This document shows positions 15,570-20,000 of a DNA stretch of 20,000 bases, piece by piece. Below the pieces are notes generated by a model, which saw only the letters and a program-made list of their open reading frames with translations, did no database searches and was not told the origin of the DNA. Every line of letters starts with the position of its first letter. The stretch's first letter is position 1. The DNA is taken from positions 56,974-76,973 of the IMG/VR virus record IMGVR_UViG_3300031087_000234; one strand, written 5' to 3'. Made by a program: the position numbers and the translations under genes. This DNA is from an uncultured virus (IMG/VR IMGVR_UViG_3300031087_000234) (Duplodnaviria; Heunggongvirae; Uroviricota; Caudoviricetes).

Positions 15570-16682
15570 ATGACTAGTCCGTTCCTGAAAGCATCAACCG
15601 CTTCGCGCTCTCGTAGCCCAATGGCAACAGTAGAGAAGGAAGTTAAGTCAGCACTGAATAACCCTTTAGCAGAAAGTCCGGTATTTGCTCCAGCAGTGAC
15701 GGCTAAGCAAACTACGCTTCCGGCTGTAATGTCTGAGGATGATATTCAGTCTACTGGTGCAGCCGCAGGTCAGCAGATTAAAACCGTAGCATCCCAGGTA
15801 TTAAAACATCAACGTGCGAATAACGGTGATGAACTCTCTAATCGCCTGAATGCCTTGGTGAAAGAGACTAAACAACTTGATCCAAACAGTATGAAGAATT
15901 CTACTGGACTCAAGAAACTGTGGAAGCGTGTTCTCGGTATCAAAGAAGATATCTTTGAGCAGTTTGATACAATCGATGGTCGTATCAACGTTCTGGTGAA
16001 TGAGCTTAATGAAGATCTGAAACGCGAGAAAGACGGTCAGCATCAACTGCGTAATCTGCGTGAGCAGGCAGGACACTATGCACTGGCTTTGAATCGTGAT
16101 ATTGAACTTCTCTCTGCAAATCTTGCTCGTGAGCAGGAGACCTTTGATGGTATTCCTGAGGAAGAAGTTGAGGCTCGTTCAGATAAACGTGCTACAATGG
16201 ATCTGATTGAAACTCGAATCAATGACCTCGCAGCACTTCGTCTGTTGATGATTCAGTTTGGTCAACGTGTTAAAGGTATGGAGGAAGTTGGTCGTCAGCT
16301 TATCCGTGCAAGTAATAACGTACTGACAAACGTTATTCCAGCATATACCGCAGCATTCTCTGCATATGTTCACAGTATGCGTCAGAAAAAAGCAGCAGAA
16401 GCGCTTAACAACACGATTGATGAGTTCAACAATGCTATCGCATTGGGTGGTGAACTAGCTTCTGCAAACCGCGTAGAAGCAGCACGTCTGGCTAACCGTC
16501 AGGTGTTGAGCATCGAAACTCTGGAACGTGAGCAGGCAACACTGCTTAAAGATCTGGAAGCGATTAATGAAATTAATAACAATGCTCGTCAAGAACGTAT
16601 CGAATACATTACCCGTGTAGGCGAACTTGAAGATGGTATTGTTCAGACAATCCGTACTGGTATTGTAAACAAAGGAGCTTAA
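15570..16682 (+). CDS. telA: TelA/KlaA-like toxic anion resistance protein
   Basis: 370 aa coiled coil with TelA-type features: I..TGAAAG, L..LVKETKQLDP, amphipathic GLKKLWKRVLG, FDTIDGRINVLV, ETRINDL, LTNVIPAY, VLSIETL. Confidence 0.8.
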   Translation: MTSPFLKASTASRSRSPMATVEKEVKSALNNPLAESPVFAPAVTAKQTTLPAVMSEDDIQSTGAAAGQQIKTVASQVLKHQRANNGDELSNRLNALVKETKQLDPNSMKNSTGLKKLWKRVLGIKEDIFEQFDTIDGRINVLVNELNEDLKREKDGQHQLRNLREQAGHYALALNRDIELLSANLAREQETFDGIPEEEVEARSDKRATMDLIETRINDLAALRLLMIQFGQRVKGMEEVGRQLIRASNNVLTNVIPAYTAAFSAYVHSMRQKKAAEALNNTIDEFNNAIALGGELASANRVEAARLANRQVLSIETLEREQATLLKDLEAINEINNNARQERIEYITRVGELEDGIVQTIRTGIVNKGA

Positions 16683-16683
16683 T

Positions 16684-16947
16684 ATGGAATACATCAAGAT
16701 CTTCTCTATCCCCGAAACAGAACTGTTTCAGATTGAATACTCAGTAGAGAAAGAGAGCGTTTATCCTGTAGGTGTTATGGTGCTAAAGGCCATCTCTACA
16801 TTGCCTCTAGATAATCCTGGGATGCAGGTTAACATTGTGGAAACCTTGTTGGAATGTCGTGAGCAATTAGCTGGTACTCCGGCTGGCATTCTGCCTAAGG
16901 GCGAACTGATTCTTCACTTAGATTACGAGGTGAAAGATGCGGAATGA
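16684..16947 (+). CDS. Hypothetical protein
   Basis: SD AAGGAG; 87 aa. Confidence 0.7.
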   Translation: MEYIKIFSIPETELFQIEYSVEKESVYPVGVMVLKAISTLPLDNPGMQVNIVETLLECREQLAGTPAGILPKGELILHLDYEVKDAE

Positions 16948-17620
16948 TGTTGATCCGGTAATTACAGGGACAGCAGAAAACTATACAATCACGCATCCAG
17001 CCTACGGGCTGGTGCGGGTAACACATCCTTCTGGTGGTAATTTGAAGATGTTTGGTAGTGATCTGGTTCATAATGAACGTGTCTGCCTAACCTTCTGTTT
17101 AGCAGAAGAAGATCGTAACCTTAGTAGCAGTTGGTATCACGAACGCGGTCGCATCTTAGAAGTGGAACTAACTCACGCTCAGTGGGCTAGTTTGGTTAGC
17201 AGCAGTATGGGAAGTCCTACTCCTGTGACCTTCAAATACTTCCGTGACGGAGATCTTACGGTCTTGCCTGGTATTGGTAAGCAAGATACAGCTAAAAACA
17301 AAGCTAAGCGTGAATATGATCGCAAACTTGCTGAAACTCTGGAGCGTGGGGAGAAAGTATTGGCTCAGATTGAAGAGTTGATCCTTAAAGGAAAAGCTGG
17401 CAAAAAAGATCTTGACGAACTGCGATCTCTTATGCAACAATCACTAGGTCGATTCAGATCAGATACCACTTTTGCGGTAGGTTGCTTTGAAGAGAGTATG
17501 GAATCGCTTGTAAGCAATGCTCGTATTGAGGTAGAATCTACGCTCAGTACAATGGCAAAACGACTTGGTGCTGAGCACTTAGGTTTGAAATTAGATACGA
17601 AACTACTGGAGGTAGACTAG
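16937..17620 (+). CDS. Conserved phage hypothetical protein
   Basis: SD GAGGTG; HPAYG, MFGSDL.H, EVELTHAQWASLVSS..G..TPVT, followed by a helical C-terminal half. Confidence 0.75.
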   Translation: MRNDVDPVITGTAENYTITHPAYGLVRVTHPSGGNLKMFGSDLVHNERVCLTFCLAEEDRNLSSSWYHERGRILEVELTHAQWASLVSSSMGSPTPVTFKYFRDGDLTVLPGIGKQDTAKNKAKREYDRKLAETLERGEKVLAQIEELILKGKAGKKDLDELRSLMQQSLGRFRSDTTFAVGCFEESMESLVSNARIEVESTLSTMAKRLGAEHLGLKLDTKLLEVD

Positions 17621-17820
17621 TGACACAGAAGAAAGACAGTACTCATCCAATTACAGCTAAAGGTTTAGCTGAAAAGGATTTGTTCAAAATTAGTGCAGAA
17701 ATTGACATTGATCTTTATCGAGAATTTAAATCTCTATGCGCTGAAAAGGGTTTGAAGATGAAGGAACAGATACAAGACGCAGTACAATTGAAAGTAAATG
17801 CGCTAAAGTATGGAAAATAA
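17620..17820 (+). CDS. Ribbon-helix-helix DNA-binding protein (ParG/omega-like)
   Basis: KISAEIDIDLYREFKSLCAEKGLKMKEQIQDAV fits the RHH strand-helix-G-helix pattern; GTG start with SD GGAGG. Confidence 0.7.
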   Translation: MTQKKDSTHPITAKGLAEKDLFKISAEIDIDLYREFKSLCAEKGLKMKEQIQDAVQLKVNALKYGK

Positions 17821-17835
17821 ATATTGTAAAACAGC

Positions 17836-17864
17836 TTGGAATTCAGCGATAAGTTTGCTAGAAT
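17836..17864 (+). promoter_or_regulatory. sigma70-type extended -10 promoter of the vWA-terD operon
   Basis: TTGGAA (17836-17841), 17 bp spacer ending TGC, TAGAAT (17859-17864). Confidence 0.65.
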
Positions 17865-17900
17865 ACCTACTAGAAAATAAACTAACATTGGAGGTAGAAA

Positions 17901-18683
17901 ATGTCTAAAGTATCCCTTAAGAAACGTAGTGAAACTCTGAAAGTTTCCCTGAAAAAAGCTGGCCTGGGTGATCGTCTGATGCTCCGCGTTGCTGCTGCAC
18001 TGGATATCTCAGGTAGTATGAACAGTTACTACCGTAATGGTGTAATGAGCGAGTTTGTTGGTAAACTGCTGCCATTTGGTATTCAGTTTGACGATAACGA
18101 AGAGATCGATATGTGGGCATTTGACCACGGCTTCCGTGAACTGCCTTCTGCGACTGCTGCGGTATACGACGACTACGTTGGTAACTGTATGCGCGGTATT
18201 AGCATCTCTGGTGGTACTGCATATGCTCCGGTGATGGATGATATTTATAACAGCTACTTCGGCAAAACCCGCCGTGATAATGTTGTCCACACTCAAGAAG
18301 AACGTGCAAAAGGTGGTTTCTTTGGTAAACTGCTGGGTAAGAAAGAAACTGTGACAGTTTCCACAACTCATACTACGTATGAAGATCCTGAGAATATGAT
18401 GCCAGCAATGGTACTGTTCCAGACTGACGGTGAAAACTCAGACGATGGTTATGTTCGTAGCCTGCTGTCACGTCACATTAACACTCCGGTGTTCTGGTTT
18501 ATGGTTGGCGTTGGTGATAGTAGCTTCCGTAGCCTGCGAGGTCTGGCAAATGATTTCCCGAATGTTGACTTTATTCCTGTAGAAAGTCTTGATATGTCGG
18601 ATGAAAAGCTGTATGATGAACTCCTTAAAGGTAAGTTCAAGTCGTGGTGCGATGCACACAACGTACAGTCTGTATCTAAATAA
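17901..18683 (+). CDS. vWA domain protein (vWA-TerF-like, Ter stress-response associated)
   Basis: MIDAS ALDISGSM, FDDNEEIDMWAF, GGTAYAPVM, VLFQTDGEN, PVFWFMVGVG. Confidence 0.88.
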   Translation: MSKVSLKKRSETLKVSLKKAGLGDRLMLRVAAALDISGSMNSYYRNGVMSEFVGKLLPFGIQFDDNEEIDMWAFDHGFRELPSATAAVYDDYVGNCMRGISISGGTAYAPVMDDIYNSYFGKTRRDNVVHTQEERAKGGFFGKLLGKKETVTVSTTHTTYEDPENMMPAMVLFQTDGENSDDGYVRSLLSRHINTPVFWFMVGVGDSSFRSLRGLANDFPNVDFIPVESLDMSDEKLYDELLKGKFKSWCDAHNVQSVSK

Positions 18684-18713
18684 TTTTAACTGAATAAGAG
18701 AAAGGAGAATATA

Positions 18714-19313
18714 ATGGCTAAGGTATCACTGAAAAAAGGTAACTCTGAGAAAGTATCACTGCGTAAAGTTGCTCCGCTGCTGAAAAAGATTCTGATGCGC
18801 TTTAACTGGACTTCTGATGTTAAACTGGATCTGGACTGCTCAGCGCTGCTGTGTCGTAATGACGCTAAAGGTTATCCAGAAGTTATTGATGTTCGTCACA
18901 TCGTGTTCTATGCCCCTACGAATGGCTTTGACCCGAGCCGCTCTGTATTCTACGGTGGTGACGTTCGTGATGGTACTGGCGACTTTGAAACCATCGATAT
19001 TAACCTGGAAACTCTGCCAGAAGACGTCACTGAGATCCCATTTGTTCTGACCATCGACGATGACTCAGACAGCCTGACCTTCGGTAATGCAACATCAGGT
19101 CTGCTGGAACTGGTTAATATGGAGACCAACGAAACTGTACTGGACTTCAACTTCTTGGAGAAAGAACACGCTGGTCGTAGCATCATCCACGTAGCCTCTC
19201 TGAAACGTTCTGATGCAGGTGGCTGGGATATCGTAGGTGTTGGCGCAGGTAAGAGCGGTAGCATTCTAGATGCATTCACAGCCTTCGGTGCTGACCCAGA
19301 GTGGTTTGAGTAA
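18714..19313 (+). CDS. terD: TerD/TerZ-family protein
   Basis: VSLKKG..KVSLRK, W...LDLDCSALL, IVFY, GDVRDGTGDFETIDINLETLP, FVLTI, TFG, W..VGVG. Confidence 0.85.
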   Translation: MAKVSLKKGNSEKVSLRKVAPLLKKILMRFNWTSDVKLDLDCSALLCRNDAKGYPEVIDVRHIVFYAPTNGFDPSRSVFYGGDVRDGTGDFETIDINLETLPEDVTEIPFVLTIDDDSDSLTFGNATSGLLELVNMETNETVLDFNFLEKEHAGRSIIHVASLKRSDAGGWDIVGVGAGKSGSILDAFTAFGADPEWFE

Positions 19314-19321
19314 GATTTAAG

Positions 19322-19345
19322 AGAGGGCTTCGGCCCTCTTTCTTT
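19322..19345 (+). terminator. Rho-independent terminator
   Basis: AGAGGGC-TTCG-GCCCTCT-TTCTTT. Confidence 0.88.
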
Positions 19346-19426
19346 ATGTAGTCGTTAGTGTTAAAGTACACTCTCGAAATAGAGGAGGCAAGTTTGCTAC
19401 TTAACCCCCTGAAAGGAGAGAAAAAG

Positions 19427-19906
19427 ATGTTAGTTGCACCTTTACTTGCGTTAACTCTTGCTGTAGTATCTCCAAGTGTTGATGCAAAAACCTCAGTCTC
19501 GCATAAGTGTACAAGGAATGATGCGAAGGTTGACTTATTAGCCTGTGCAATGTATGCTGAGAGTCGAGGTCAGGGTAAGAAAGGAATGGTTGCTGTTGGT
19601 AATGTGGTTATCAATCGCACCGATGATTCTGGATACCCTAGTAGTGTGAAAGGAGTGCTGTACCAAAGAGGACAATTCTCGTATACTGGAGCAGGTTCTT
19701 TCCGAGCCTACGACAAAAAGAGTTGGGAAGATGCTAAGGTGATAGCAAAGAAGCTGTTATACTTAGATGCAAACTTTCCCGAGGTCAGAAAGGCAGCAGA
19801 TCCTACGAAAGGCGCTACACACTTTAAGAAAAGAACTGTAAGAACAGCTTGGCAACGTGATATGGTGTTGGTCTACAGATACAAAGAACATCAATTTTAC
19901 AAATAG
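19427..19906 (+). CDS. SleB-like cell wall hydrolase (Hydrolase_2) with signal peptide
   Basis: LLACAMYAESRGQ, AVGNVVINR, V.YQRGQFS, DPTKGATHF, HQFYK; SD AAGGAG before ATG 19427; hydrophobic N-terminus. Confidence 0.9.
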   Translation: MLVAPLLALTLAVVSPSVDAKTSVSHKCTRNDAKVDLLACAMYAESRGQGKKGMVAVGNVVINRTDDSGYPSSVKGVLYQRGQFSYTGAGSFRAYDKKSWEDAKVIAKKLLYLDANFPEVRKAADPTKGATHFKKRTVRTAWQRDMVLVYRYKEHQFYK

Positions 19907-19916
19907 GAGATATAAA

Positions 19917-20000
19917 ATGGAACGCGATAATACTACTGTAGTGGCAAACGTGCTGATTAATGGGATGACAGAAGAAGAAGTGTTCCAATCTCGTTGTAAC
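19917..20000 (+). CDS. Hypothetical protein, 3' truncated by the window edge
   Basis: SD TAGGAG; ATG 19917 and open to the end (MERDNTTVVANVLINGMTEEEVF...). Confidence 0.65.
   Translation, partial: MERDNTTVVANVLINGMTEEEVFQSRCN

Noticed and set aside
1789..19050. Nested plus-strand alternative-frame ORFs 1789-1980, 13880-14125 and 18817-19050
   Set aside because: They lie inside confident genes, lack an SD, and are explained by codon bias or low complexity.
686..19279. All minus-strand ORFs in the track (e.g. 5045-5449, 8553-8885, 12155-12478, 18009-18371, 18950-19279)
   Set aside because: They lie antisense to well-supported plus-strand genes and have no recognisable motifs. All promoters and terminators found point in the plus direction.
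3058..19345. Four terminators all with a C-TTCG-G loop
   Set aside because: Real, but this is the well-known stable cUUCGg tetraloop common in phage terminators, so it is not novel.
17851..19399. AAGTTTGCTA shared by the vWA promoter and the hydrolase leader as a phage-specific promoter motif
   Set aside because: The same 10-mer occurs inside a coding region (about 12870) and near-copies encode Lys-Phe-Ala elsewhere, so it may be chance.
1..20000. tRNA genes, introns/inteins, homing endonucleases, integrase or transposase
   Set aside because: Intergenic gaps are short and accounted for, and no cloverleaf or mobile-element motifs were seen.

Overview
A 20 kb, densely packed, entirely plus-strand segment of a lytic dsDNA phage accessory (early/middle) region. 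It has T4-like cUUCGg terminators and near-consensus sigma70 promoters. The gene set (TerC/TelA/vWA/TerD, SleB-like hydrolase, NrdC.11/RlaP-like nucleotidyltransferase, macrodomain) resembles rV5/phi92-like myoviruses, and an AmsF/WceF-like gene suggests an Erwinia/Pantoea host; both assignments are inference. Recognisable genes: DUF4326 protein (partial), AmsF/WceF-like beta-helix EPS enzyme, nucleotidyltransferase, SF1 helicase, YqeY-like protein, MazG-like protein, macrodomain, TerC-like (DUF475) membrane protein, Ser/Arg-tailed lipoprotein, SprT-like protease, TelA, ribbon-helix-helix protein, vWA protein, TerD and a cell-wall hydrolase. Most notable observations: (1) a dispersed phage-encoded Ter/TelA envelope module with an inner-membrane lipoprotein, several unannotated membrane microproteins and a candidate regulator; (2) three modular paralogues sharing a basic linker and a ~90 aa C-terminal domain; (3) promoters whose -10 box lies inside a hairpin and whose -35 box contains the upstream TGA stop; (4) no CATG found in 20 kb by manual scan; (5) an antitoxin-like C-terminal tail on a small phage protein. 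All family calls come from motif recognition by eye; no searches were run.
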